Source: Catajapyx aquilonaris | Lineage: Eukaryota | Reading direction: 5' to 3' | Assembly (NCBI GenBank): GCA_000934665.2 | Contig: JYFJ02002471.1 | Coordinates: 1 to 56,744 of the forward strand | Length of the DNA stretch: 56,744 bases | In this document: one piece after another, positions 27,386-39,600 of the stretch | Position numbering within the stretch: the first letter of the stretch is position 1 | How the letters are laid out: every line of letters begins with the position of its first letter | Made by a program: the position numbers and the translations under genes | Notes under the pieces: model-generated | Database searches by the model: none | What the model was told of the DNA's origin: nothing | The model's input: only the letters and a program-made list of their open reading frames with translations

Positions 27386-29388
27386 ATGAACAAGTTCCTC
27401 CTCGCAGCCTTGTTATTATGCGGTGAGTGCATACAGTGCGCATACAAACAAATTGCGGTTTGCTTACCCCCAGCAACCTGTACTGGTTGCTGCAGTGAAC
27501 AATCCTCACCTATATATGCATGCAATAATTTCATTTCAGGAGTCCATCTTCAGCAAACACGGTCCGAGTGCGTGCCTCGCAAATTCGACCAGGACAGCAT
27601 TGTCTGCGTGTGTAACTCGTCTCATTGCGATTCGTTGTCGGACCCTTCCCCTGCCCAAAAGGGAAAGTTCCTTCTCTACACGTCCTCCAAGGATGGACTC
27701 AGATTCGATCAATCAGCAGGGCTCTTCAGCAGGCTCCCACCTGATGATCAGATTAGCTTCGGAAGCAATGGTTCGCACTTGACGTACCATCCAGTATTTA
27801 GTCACGAACCACTACAATTTTATGGAGGATTGTACCTGAAAATGTTACAAATTTTACGGTTATTATTCTATTGCTGAATGTAGATCGTCATGGAGGTACA
27901 ATCTCCATTTGAAATTATTGTGGTTCAGTGCATGCCTGTATGATGGACGTTCAAATATTGCTGTTCTAGACGAGAGCACGGTGAAGCTGCATGTGGACCT
28001 AACCACGACGTACCAGACCATAATGGGCTTCGGAGGCGCCTTCACCGACGCCACCGGTATCAACCTGAACAACCTGACATCCCAGACATCGGAGGTGTTG
28101 CTCAAATCATACTTCGGTCCTGAAGGGATCGGATACACGATAGGACGTGTACCGATCGGAGGAACCGACTTCTCTCCCCGGAAATACACGTACGACGACA
28201 TACCAGAAGGAACGGAAGACCCCAAATTGGACCACTTCGCCCTGCAACCGGAGGACCTGGAGTTGAAGGCAAGTCACGCTTCCTCCGGATCCTCGCATTT
28301 ACACCATTTTACACGTTCGTTTTTTATATAGATCCCTATCATAAAAAGGGCCCTGGAATTGAGTCCTTTGCGACTCTATGCTAGTCCATGGAGTGCTCCG
28401 ACCTGGATGAAGTCGAACAAAGCTGTGACCGGGATGGGATGGCTGGTCGGCAAATACTATCAAGTCTGGGCCGATTATTTTATCAAGTAGGTGCGCACTG
28501 CATTGGGGAGTTTGGGCAATCATTAATTTATGTCGCACAATTGCTCTTGTCTCTCGAGTGTGCCCATGCACACTGGTCCAGATTGAATGGTCGGGTTGGG
28601 ATTGACTTTGACAGGTTTCTGGAAGGTTACAAGCAGAACGGGATTGACTTTTGGGCAGTGACGACCCAGAACGAGCCAATCGACGGTCTCATTCCCTTCT
28701 TCTCGTTCAACTGCATGGGATGGACTCCGGCTTGGATGAGGAATTGGATCAAGAACAACATTGGACCCACTCTGGCCCAATCGGCCTTCAAAGACGTCAA
28801 GATCATCACTATGGACGACGACAGAATATTCCTTTCATACTGGGCTAAAACGGTGCCAAAAAAATAATCAAATCCATCTTAATCGTCACTTTAATGTGAA
28901 ACGTTGCTAACTTAAATTGACGTTGTCATAGATTTATGAAGACCCGGAGACGGCCAAATACGTGTCGGGTATGGGTGTTCACTGGTACTTGAACAAAATA
29001 TCTTCGCCCAAAGTGTTGACCACCACCCATAAGCTGTACCCGGACAAGTTTATCCTCGCGACCGAGGCTTGCAACGGTAATTACGGACAAAGATTAATGA
29101 GAGGGACTGTGTAACGATCGGCAAGACCTTTTGTTTCAGGAGACAACATGTCCGGAAACCCGGGGATTCATCTTGGATGGTGGGGCGGCGCAGAGCGATA
29201 CGCAAAGGACATTTTGGACGTGAGTCTTTTGAATGCACCTAACTGTTATTAACAACATTACAAAATAATGGGGGGGGGGGGNGATATTTCTGTTAGTACT
29301 TACAATTTTGTCAACTGGCTCGTCTTGAATGTCACTATATCTATATCCAAGTGGCGGTTGCTGCAGGCCGACCATGTTAAATAAAGCA

Positions 29389-29451
<63 letters not shown>

Positions 29452-30604
29452 TGTCACTATCCAAATATCAGAGAACACATCACTCTCATTGGCTCACTTC
29501 CGTACTTCTGTAACTGAGACTGCACCGCGGGGACCAATCGCGTATTATGTTGACCCTGTTTGAAATGGAAATCGAGTCATTTAACCTCTACAGAGGGTGA
29601 GTCGATACTGCCATCCGTTCAAAATCCTTGAGAGACAATCTGCGAATCAGGCAAGTTCGTCGAGAAAATTATCCAGGTTAAAGCGGGCATGTGGAAGCTC
29701 CGAGTAAAGCGAGTTCATTTGGCAAAATTCGTGCACATAAAATATTATAGTGATAACAGTCAAGTTGGTCACCTTAATAAGTTGGCCACCTCCCTATATG
29801 TTGGGCATTTTCCCAGTGTCCAACATATACCAATTTCACTGTACATGTGACTTGTCGTTTAAATCGGAATTTTAAATGCATTTAAACTCATTGAACCAAC
29901 ATACAGCAAGGAACGGAAGAGCCAACGGAATCTTCCTCTTAAAGTTTCTGCGCCCAGCCAATATACTGTTATTGACCTAATTATTATCGGCCCGCCCTTG
30001 ACGCGTCCCTAGAGTACGAAGAAGATTTTTCCAGGTTTGTGATCATCTCATAGGTTCAACAGTCACCGACAACAACTCCAAGTGCACAAGGAGTGAAACC
30101 AAAAAATAATTTGCAAAATTTGATGTAATTCGCATCCATAATTTTTTTCCCTCAGAATTTGAACAATTGGGTAACTGGATGGGTGGAGTGGAACTTGGCA
30201 CTGGACACGACCGGCGGCCCTTGCTGGGACAAAGGGGCAGTGGACGCCTCCATTATCGTGGACGGTCCAGGGGACCAGTTTTTCAAGCAGCCCTCTTACT
30301 ACGTCATGGGACACTTTGCCAAATTCATTCTCCCCGGATCCGTGCGCGTGGGTCTGGTCGGGGACACCGGCATCGGCAGTCTCAAAGTTGTATCTGTCAA
30401 GAGACCGGATAACGCCGTGGTCCTTGTCATACTCAATAAGTACGGCCTCTTATTATTATTATTATTAATGACCTCTCTTTTAACCGGGAAATGTTCCCTT
30501 TCAGAGCCAGCAATAACATATCCGTCAGTATCACGGACTCCCAAAGGGGTACGGCGCAGTTCATTTCTACAGCCAGGTCTATCCAGACTATTGTCTATTG
30601 GTAG
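27386..30604 (+). CDS. GBA1: Lysosomal acid glucosylceramidase (glucocerebrosidase, GH30), 9 exons, about 522 aa
   Basis: Exons 27386-27422, 27540-27770, 27970-28268, 28332-28486, 28615-28852, 28932-29076, 29140-29219, 30156-30439, 30505-30604 (1569 nt, phases consistent). Signal peptide MNKFLLAALLLCG, then IVCVCNSSHCD, GFGGAFTDA, RVPIGGTDFS, ASPWSAPTWMK, acid/base TTQNEP, GVHWY, nucleophile LATEAC, WNLALD, QPSYYVMGHFAKF and SIQTIVYW*. Confidence 0.96.
29326..29460 (+). mobile_element. 5'-truncated non-LTR retroelement insertion with (GAT)20 tail and 13-bp target-site duplication, in GBA1 intron 7
   Basis: TGAATGTCACTAT at 29326-29338 and 29448-29460 flanks about 50 bp of unique sequence, AATAAA (29380-29385) and (GAT)20 (29389-29448). 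Confidence 0.65.
29389..29448. repeat. (GAT)20 microsatellite
   Basis: Directly visible; it explains the poly-Asp ORF 29329..29517. Confidence 0.97.
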
Positions 30605-31317
30605 CCGTCCATGCTTACACCCCAAAAAAATCACAACTGTACCAATGCAATATTGCCGAAACATTTCGATGGCTCAATTTAGTGGTCAGAGTGTATATGT
30701 GAATCTGATAACAATTAAAATGGTTCCAACAAGCCAGAAACAGCAAAATTATTGAGTGTATACCGATGCCAAAGCTGTTCATTTACAAAACATTGCAATC
30801 ATGGGATGCGGAAACCATGTGTCAAACAGTTAATTAATTTTCCTCAGTCATTTGCACACACGAGTCAGATAACCACTGCATCCATCACCGACTGGGTGAT
30901 ACGCTCCTAGTTATTGTATTATACAAGTAATTGCTTTGCACTGTGGACAGTACACTGCAATACTAGGCCTATAGTTGCCAATTAAACGGAATATTTGTGT
31001 GCGACTATTCATCTTTTGCAGAACTCTGCACTACATTTTAAGCTAGTTTCAGGCACTCACGTCATGATGTAACGTATTGACTAGGGTCATACAAAATAAC
31101 AGAGAAAAAGGCGACGGGGCTCCCTCTTCAATAGTATAGTAGGTAGACAAGTATGGATAGTCGACCTGTTCCACACTGCATACCTGAATACACATGCAAC
31201 ACCCTTTTTACGCCGAACAATGACCAGTATCAAGTACGATCAAGCACTATCGGCAGTCCCAATCAATCTTCAGGTAAGCAGGCTACTAAAAAGCTCATAC
31301 GTTGAAGAATAGCTATT

Positions 31318-31323
31318 TTTATT
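31318..31323 (-). terminator. Polyadenylation signal AATAAA (minus strand) after the peptide ORF / IR locus
   Basis: TTTATT on +. It is the first canonical AATAAA I could find downstream of the IR stop at 32394, and lies about 70 nt after the small-ORF stop. Confidence 0.5.
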
Positions 31324-31392
31324 GGACATATTTTGTGCACATTCATTCAAGTGCGCTACGAATACAGTGCAGTAATGGGCACGAAGTACTGA

Positions 31393-32256
31393 CTAAACAC
31401 TTGGCATACTGTATATACAACGCCACAAGCGTCGGCTCTTACACGGTCGCCGCCCTGCAGTCCATTCATTCTTGTAACGACTTCGCACGTCGGCCACTGT
31501 ACAGTACAAGGTACAGTGAAGCAATGAAATACGAACCAAGTCCACCACAGGAGCCGTAAAAACGAACGCAATTCCGGTCCCCCCCTATACCCCAGCTTTG
31601 ATTTTGTCCTATCTTGTGGCGTGGCCGCAGGTTTTCCCAAAAGGCCTCTTTCCAGTGTTCCCCACGTGACCCATCCCGGTGAGAAATGACCCGTGGCCGA
31701 CCCCACCCTTGTTGCCCTCGCACAAACCAGACTCACGCAATCGGCAAATTAATTCCTCCAACTCCAGTCTTTCCACCTCTTTGCTGTAATGGAGCCATCG
31801 GAAAATGATAATTCAGATTTTGCTCCCAAACTAGTGCTGTATATCATCCTTCCCATCGATTTTATGCCTCCATCAGGAAGGAATATTTTTTTTTACAACC
31901 ATCTCATCAGAACCCGCTAATTAAATCAGATGCCATATAAGCATACGGTAAAAATTGAGCGATCATCCGCTTTGCAAGACAATGCAAACAGTCGGTACCC
32001 ACCAGGGGGAGAAAAAAAAAATCAGAGGCTCAGGTTTCGGTTGGAATCGAGCGTAATTCGCGAACAAAACAAATGGTCGAGTCCAATTCCGTCGGAATCC
32101 CATCTCGCATGAGGCAAGTCGTTACGCAGCTGTTATTGCCGTCATTACCGTCCAGTTAAATATTCACTGTGGATGTGTAAGTGGGTAGGAATTTAGGACT
32201 TGGAAATAGTGCATGGTATAGGAGGTGAAGAAAATTGCAAAGGCTGCCAGCATCAT
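31393..32256 (-). CDS. Putative small secreted peptide / neuropeptide-like precursor (79 aa; 91 aa if started at 32345)
   Basis: Exons 32256-32168, 31783-31737, 31496-31393, plus optional upstream 32345-32320 spliced to 32266. Acceptors are pyrimidine-rich, donors are GTGAAT and GTGAGT, and phases 2/2 and 1/1 match. Product: MMLAAFAIFFTSYTMHYFQVLNSYPLTHPHKEVERLELEELICRLLADVRSRYKNEWTAGRRPCKSRRLWRCIYSMPSV*. No family recognised. Confidence 0.5.
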
Positions 32257-32393
32257 ATCGATTGCACTAGAGCAAAGAGCAAAAGCAGCACAAGGAAAAG
32301 GGAGTTTATAGGAGATGACCTGGAAGGCTTCCAGCTCATTTCCATCTAGTGGTCCTCCCAGCTTCCCGGATCCACTTGGACCCCCGGATCCTG

Positions 32394-35300
32394 TCAGTAA
32401 AATGGGATCTTCCGCCTCTCTCGTCGAGCCAGCCGCACATGTCTTCTTCTCACCTACAACGGGCAATCAGAGCCGAGTTGATGAGCTCTGAAGCCTCGAA
32501 TGGACCTCTTTCTTTTTTTTGTTCCGTACCTGGAATTCCAGGGCGACGATGGCCAGGGATAGAATGATGCCCACGAAGAGGAAGAGGAAGAGGGACTTGG
32601 CCTCGTTGATGTCCACGGGCGAGAAGGAGTTGGGCGGACATGATGTCGCGGTTTTGATCCAACGGAGGTACCGTCTGGACTGGAGACCTGTGGTGCCCTG
32701 CTTCAGAATGCTGGGAAAAAATTTAATTGCTGTCGGAATCATTATACAGGCAGGTGTGAGCACTCAAACGGGTCGGTGTGTGCAAGGGCTAATGAACGCT
32801 GCCACGGCCTCAATCACGGGCAATCAACTGTCATTAACCACTGATTCAAAACCAATTGAGCAGCTGCATCAATGCAATCAAGTGCTGATGCATGCAAACA
32901 CGGGGACCTACAATTGATCTGGGTCAAGCCTGTGCACCACCGCAGGAAAACTGGGTCGCATCCACATCCGATCACACCAACTGTACAGTACACAGTACAC
33001 AATAAAAGTATTATGAAAATGTACCGTACCAATGGTACCATAGAGGGGTGATCATGACATTGAACTTTTTTTCTAGCAATTGGCAATTGCGAGAACTTAC
33101 TGGTAGTTAAAGAGTCGTCGGTATGGAGACTCTTTGGTGAGTCCTAAGGCCATGTTGTCAATAAAGTAGTCGCTGGATAGAGCGCCGACTACGCACGACA
33201 GAGCTCCCATGTCCTCTTCGGCCATCAGATGAGACACCAAAAACGCAAAGTGTTCCTTCACAACTTTGTTCATACCCACGGTCACGTCCGGAACGAGGTT
33301 TTCCTCCAATCTTGGAGCAACCTTTTCATGCCAAAGCCTGTATCTGATACTTCCTTCTTGTGAAAACTGCAAAAAAAAAAAGAGGAGGAAATGTCAATTT
33401 TGCAACATTCCCAGTGGGGAGCAATAAACCTACCCGAAATATTGTGGTCATAAGCCCAGTGTTGAGGAATCCAAGGCTCCATCCAGGCATGTGCAACAAG
33501 TCTTCGATCTGATGAATGGGCAGTTCGCTGTCGTGAAAGGCCAAGTAGCTGGTCAGCAGGCCCGAATACCCGCAGAAACACAACCAATAAAGCAGGAACC
33601 CTGACCAACACAACATACGAGCTGGATTGCTATCCGGGAGCACAGGTGCACCTAGAATATTAATTTATTGTTAGGTGGCTGTGTTATGCAATAATGAGTC
33701 AACCCACATGAGAAAGGCCTTTGAATGTCACTCCTGTGAAATTAATTCAGTGTCCTTTTCGGCCATTTATGGCAGAATAAGTATGCAGATTTCGCCAGAC
33801 TGATTTTAACATAATGAAGTACGAACCTTTGGGGATGTTCCTGGGCTTAACTCAATTTTGACATTTTTTGTGGGTTGACACAATAGAATAATTGCATAAC
33901 ACCGTCCAGTTCAAACTGCCCTTGACCAGGGGGAATCGAACCTTGCTGGCAGAAGCAGGAGAAAAACATCCATAGCTCTTCTCCGAGGTTCCATCGACCC
34001 TTAAGAGGCTTTAAGACGTAATGGATGAAGTGCAAGGAGAATGCGAGGACAGGGATGAATAGGATGAAGAGGATCCAGAGGTCGTATCGGTACGGCAGAA
34101 GGTATATCCCGCTGAAGAACTCGGTGTCAGCTGCCCTCTTGACGTACAGCCTGTAGTCGTTGACCAGTACTGGGATGGTGAAATCGATGACCGTTGCCCT
34201 CAGACTGGTGATGGTCAGGTCAGCCACCACCATCTGCGCCTTGCCCTCCAGGATTGACCCCACCATCCCGTTCCAGCCGTCGTCCTCCAGCGAGCCGTAC
34301 ATCCCGTCCAGTTGGAAGTGAAGGGTGTAGCTGTGGTTTCGAATCATTTTGGTCAGTTACATGCTGCGGTTTACTGGCGGATATATATACCCACGTGAAA
34401 TTAAGAGATTCTTGCAAGGAGAGGAGCAAGTCGCCGTAAAACCCTCCCGTCAACACAGCTGTTCCATCAGTAGTGTGCGAATGTTGCACGAAAGACACAG
34501 GAGGTTTCTGTGGAGCAAAGAAATCTACAGGGTGATGCACTGCTGGGGAAAAACAAGTCATTGACTTTACTCATTGACTCAACAAATGAGCGGACAATTT
34601 TTATTTGCGGAACGTCTTTTGCGATATCCTTTCAGTGACGTGCTAATCGTGATGCAGAATCGCGTCACGCGATGTTTCAATATGAATGAGACCCGGTTTT
34701 TTTCCGGCTGTGTGAGACGTACCGGGGGCGTGATGAGGTCAAGGTTTATTCCTTCCATGTCACTTCGACGTTGATATTTGTATTCCAGTTGAAGTAAGTG
34801 CAACTGATGGCCTCTCCAGTGCCCCAGAAATCTATATCTGAGGGGCAGATCTGGGGCCATTTTATACACCTCATGTAACTGCAAGGAGGGAAAAACTGTG
34901 TCAGAAATGTCAGCAAATTGTAGCCTAATTTGATTACTCTGACTCCACACATTAATTAATTTTAATCTTAATGAAAACCAGGTACTAGGATATGTGGATG
35001 AAGTTCAATACTTATGATCCACGTGGGGCAGTCTGTTCTTAGGATTCATGTATTGGAAGAATCAATCTTCATCAGTTCCACTCCTTTTCACGTGTTGCAG
35101 TCGTCAAGTTCCACTGACCTTTTCCAGTGTGCGTGACGTTTCAGGTGGAAAACCCCAGCTCTATTTATGAGTAGTTCATTCCCTTCTATAGATTCCCAAG
35201 GCTATTGTTTATACCAGGAGTGGTGCACCTGATTTTAATTCTGTTCATGTAGATTAGTCTCAAGTTGGCAATTTTTCATTCAAGACGAGGCTCCAGGAGG

Positions 35301-36691
35301 GAGATGCGGGCTATTAATCTTAATTAGGTCGAAGTGACTTTACAAGTTTTGATTCCAAGTGCTTCAATTATTAATTCATTAATCATTCTTTATCAAGGGA
35401 TCAGTTGATCAATCCCTGTCAGTTTGAGAAAAATGACAACCTCACAATATTTGTGAGCTTCATTTTTTTTTTTTTGCAGTGTAATCCTCCTCTACCCGCT
35501 TTTCAAGTGGGACATCTTCATCCCTGATAATAATATTTCTATGTCACATGGAACCTACAACTCCTAAGGAGCAGATAGTTTTTTAATGCTTAAGTTTTTA
35601 CAGTACTGCAAATATATGTCGTCAGTAGTTGTGTACCAGTCATTCCAAAAGACATTATACAAGTAATGCCTACAATACTGCATTTGCTGTAGATTCAAAA
35701 CTCCACAAAGACCTACTGTTTATCCATGAGAAAAAATGAAGCAAGCATGCAGTTCTTACTGGTATGTAACTTTCTTACAAGCAACAAATAAAAATATCTT
35801 GTCATTACATGTTACTCTACCCTTCATGAACCACATAGAATTCCATATTCATGCACGCATTGCAGTAATACTGTTCTGCCGAAGTTGTTAGGCAGAAATA
35901 CATATGTTCGTTGTAAAGTTACCTAAAAAAAAGCTGATCCATTCCTGCCAAAGTGTGTGCAAAATGTGACTTCTCTCAATTTAAACCATTGCATTGCCTC
36001 GAAAGATAAATATTCCCTACCGTGTGGTCTCCATTATGCATATGCATCGTGAGAATGACATCACTGTCGACCAGTAGATCGAGCTTGGTGAGGAAGTCCA
36101 ACTCAGCCAGGCTTAGAGTTTCATCTGCATGCAACAACCACAAGCAGTTATGGCAGAAGGCCCTCTGCTCATGAGCCCTCTGAAGCCACTGGTGGGAACC
36201 AGGGCTTCCATCCAGTCGCAACACCATCACGTCCCCTGGCTGGATCAAGGAGTCGTTGTTGGGAGGCAAATGAATCCAGATTCGGAGGTGGTCAGCTACA
36301 CCCACTATCATTCCCATCACTTCCGCTGGCACTACATCCATGGCAACACATTGCGACTATTAGCATGTCAGCAAATAATAAAACCGTCCTGTAACATATG
36401 AGGCTATAAACTGGCATAACAAGAACTCTTGCACAAGATATTTCAGAGTTTCTTGCAGAAGAGAGAAACACCCTTAAGCTACACACCCTTGCCAGTCAAC
36501 AAAACACTCACAATATTCTTCCACATCAAATTTTGGATATTGCCAATACCTTCATCAGTTGGGACCAATATATGCATTGTGTTAATCCTCCAGTGGAAGC
36601 AGAATTGTGTCAGGTATTCAGCATTCCAATGGGCCAAAGAATCACGCCTGATGACAAGCATGATGGCCAGGATGGACGTAACCTTTGCCAT
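32394..36691 (-). CDS. Divergent ionotropic receptor (IR, variant iGluR chemoreceptor), 9 exons, about 600 aa
   Basis: Exons 36691-36550, (36295)-36021 [5' edge uncertain], 34878-34723, 34507-34395, 34330-33942, 33651-33434, 33366-33101, 32710-32530, 32453-32394. IR motifs: LHEVYK..PL...GHW....YQRRSDMEG; S1 YGSLEDDGWNGMVGSILEGKAQMVVADLTITSLRATVIDFTIP; M1; pore FCQQG; M3 GYSGLLTSYL; S2 MALGLTKESPYRRLFNY; M4 LFLFLFVGIILSLAIVALEF. An unspliced alternative end at 32467 is also possible. Confidence 0.88.
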
Positions 36692-39600
36692 TACACTTTA
36701 AGAGGAGGATGTGGAGCACGATGTTGTTCCAGCTGTTCCTCAACCTCGACTCAGCACGCAACAACATCCAAGCATACTTCTTCGCCATGGCATTTTTATT
36801 GACATGCATAGCACAATGCTGCCTCCTAACTATCCTACACTCAAGTGAAGTGAATCAATGAGGCGGAAGATCAGCAAACTTATGCAGATAAAAAATTAGT
36901 GAAGCTACGGTCAACCTACTTCTTTCGATCAGGCACTCAAATTATTCACCCCATTATTAGCCGTAGAGAAGCTCACTAAGAATACAAAAGTAGTCGTCGT
37001 CACACACAATATAAGGATCAATAAGTTCCTGTCTTCACTGTAACTGACAAGGAGTAAAATATTTACAATCCATATGGGGAACAGGTGTTGTCTTATCTAC
37101 ACCACCCATGATGAGGATCTTGACATGTTTTCCAATAACCATATGCTGTATATTTCCACACATACCATATACACCTTGATTCATAAACAACTCTCTCGAT
37201 TATGCATTCATTACTATGACTAAAGACAACACAAACAACTGCATAGATCAAACAACCAACTATTTATGTAGTTACTATACTTAAATGCAGTTGAATAATC
37301 ACTTTGGCTGGTTAAATTCATAATTATTGTAAGGAACATCACAGTTACGGTCGATCTGCAGGTCTTTGTCCAAACCTGCAACAGGCTTGAGGCGGCTGCA
37401 GAAGGCTTTCAAGCTACCGGTACTGCATACACAACAGTCAAAATAAAAAAGTAGCTCCAACAGATGCACCAGATCTCTGATTGAACGTCCAAAAAAAGTT
37501 TGAACCTGAACAAAAAGTCCTGAGAGCCAATCGTTTTGTCAAAAAATGTGCTCGTAAAACCATCAGGAATGTAGCAATTATCCAAGCAACCAATCATACA
37601 TCTCAGTGTATTCGTAACTTTCAGAATAGCCCACTCTGCCCATCCAGTCAGTCCTCCTGCAATCAATTTGTATGAATGTGGGATTGAATACAATAAGAAT
37701 GAACAAGTAGCTAAAATTACACTTGAGGGGCGCCCATAAAACTGCCCTTTTTTTCTCTCCCAATTATTCAAACTGTCTCTCTCGTCCACCTTCACTTTCC
37801 CTTCCAGATTCACTGGACAAACACGCTCTAGGTGGAACGAGAGGAAAACATTACCTCCAGTCCCTAAAAGTGCTTAGCAGCTTGGGAAGAGGCCAAGCTC
37901 ATCTAATATTCAGACCAAGACAGTACATTGCATCATTTTTATTATTATTGTTGCTGTTGTTGTAGTATTGTAGTGCAGTGCTCCATATCTTGGCCCCAAC
38001 ACAACACAGTCTTGTTCATAACTAGTTATTCATGATCAGCTACCACCACCACCTATCTAACCTTAACATTTTAATTTCATGGACAGCCCCTTGAGATCAA
38101 ATTATTATTGTCAAAGTTGTGAAAAACAATGGATTTCTTAAGAGTCTACATGACACACACCGAGATCGTGAGCTACAGACACAAGCGTGGTATGTTGGAT
38201 AAATGGGATTGAATGCTTCACCACCAAAGAAATATCCCCCTTGTGCAAAACTGGTGACTGATTGTTTAGGAACTGGCATAGTACATATAAGAAACATTAA
38301 TATAAAAATTCAGCACTGTTGGGTGCTTCAACAGCTCTAGCCGGGCTACGTATGCAAGCACTGTCGATGACAGAAAACTTAAAGAAATCTACATACCCTT
38401 GATAATGTTCCAATTGCTGCACAGTATGGAATCAAGAGGAACTGAAGGCCACTTTCTCACTTTTGATCGTTAAAGAGAAATCTCTCTCTTTTTGCAATAA
38501 TATTACTGGCCATGTCATTTGACAAGGCTTCAAGCTTTTAAAAAAACCTCAGTCCAAATGCAATGTTTTTGAGGTTAACTCCTCTTGGTTTCAAACCATT
38601 TACATGCATTCAAAATGTTTTACCTGCAGTCTTTGCAATACTTAATGTGCCGTCAAGTGAGGTAATACATAAGAACGTCATAACACATCTTGAACAACTA
38701 ATGTTACTAAATTAACTTACTCCAGTTCCCATCAATTTTTTGGCATTTAATAATAATTGGTTGCAAATCAGGAGTGATGGTTATTCCTGTGATTTAGCTA
38801 AACTTGTGTCAATCAATATTACTCACTCTGACACAGGTACTCAACAACTCACACAATGTCACCAAAATTGTGGACAAACACGAGACTATTCCCAAACTTC
38901 TAGCCTCAAAAAGACTTCACAGTCTGCACTGACTTTCTTCACATTCAATTCGTCATTAAGTACAACCAGTGATCATGTTAAAAGGTACACTTTACGTTCT
39001 TAAAAGTGATATTCTCACACTTTACACCAAGAACACTGAATTCACAAGGTACGTCCCCTTACACTTTTTATGACTTCAAAAAATTTACCAATAAATGCAG
39101 CTCATACACATAATTGTTTCCTCGAAAGCAACAGTGTATGGCATACTGGTCATACTAAAAACACAGCCACATCAATATAGCAATTCCTGAACGTGAAGAG
39201 CTCCACACTAGATGTGACAATACTGCAATCAATTGTGTTTTAACTTCTTGATTCAGAGTGCAAGAAAATCACACAATTGTCAAGTGGTGCACACGTATTA
39301 TTGCAGCAATATATGTAGTAAAAAACTGAGATTAGTGCTCCACCACTCGGCACAGAATGCTGCATGTCTTTTCTGCTTGCAGTTTGGTGTACAGCCATGC
39401 ATCATGAGTGACTCAAGGTGGTGAGATACGAGTGCTATGGCTATGTTGTTGGCGTTACATGCACTCCACGACAGTGTCAGGTGAAAATTGCATCCGATGT
39501 AAGACCAACAATAATAATTCTGCATCACTCATATTTGGCTTGAGATCACACCTGTAACTGTTGTACACGTGGGCATAAATATTACTGCAGCCACTAGGGC

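Noticed and set aside
29757..29841. Possible tiny MITE with CAGT(C/G)AA(G/A)TTGG inverted ends
   Set aside because: Imperfect short TIR and the left TA is missing; too weak without copy-number evidence.
31445..31480. Calling the small peptide corazonin/GnRH/AKH because of YKNEWTAGRR
   Set aside because: Those peptides begin with pGlu directly after the signal peptide; here the motif is internal and lacks the N-terminal Q and the FQYSRG core. Kept only as an unassigned candidate.
37409..37813. 134-aa minus-strand ORF / possible exons between the IR and HTATIP2
   Set aside because: I could not build a phase-consistent model; the region looks like AT-rich UTR or intergenic DNA.
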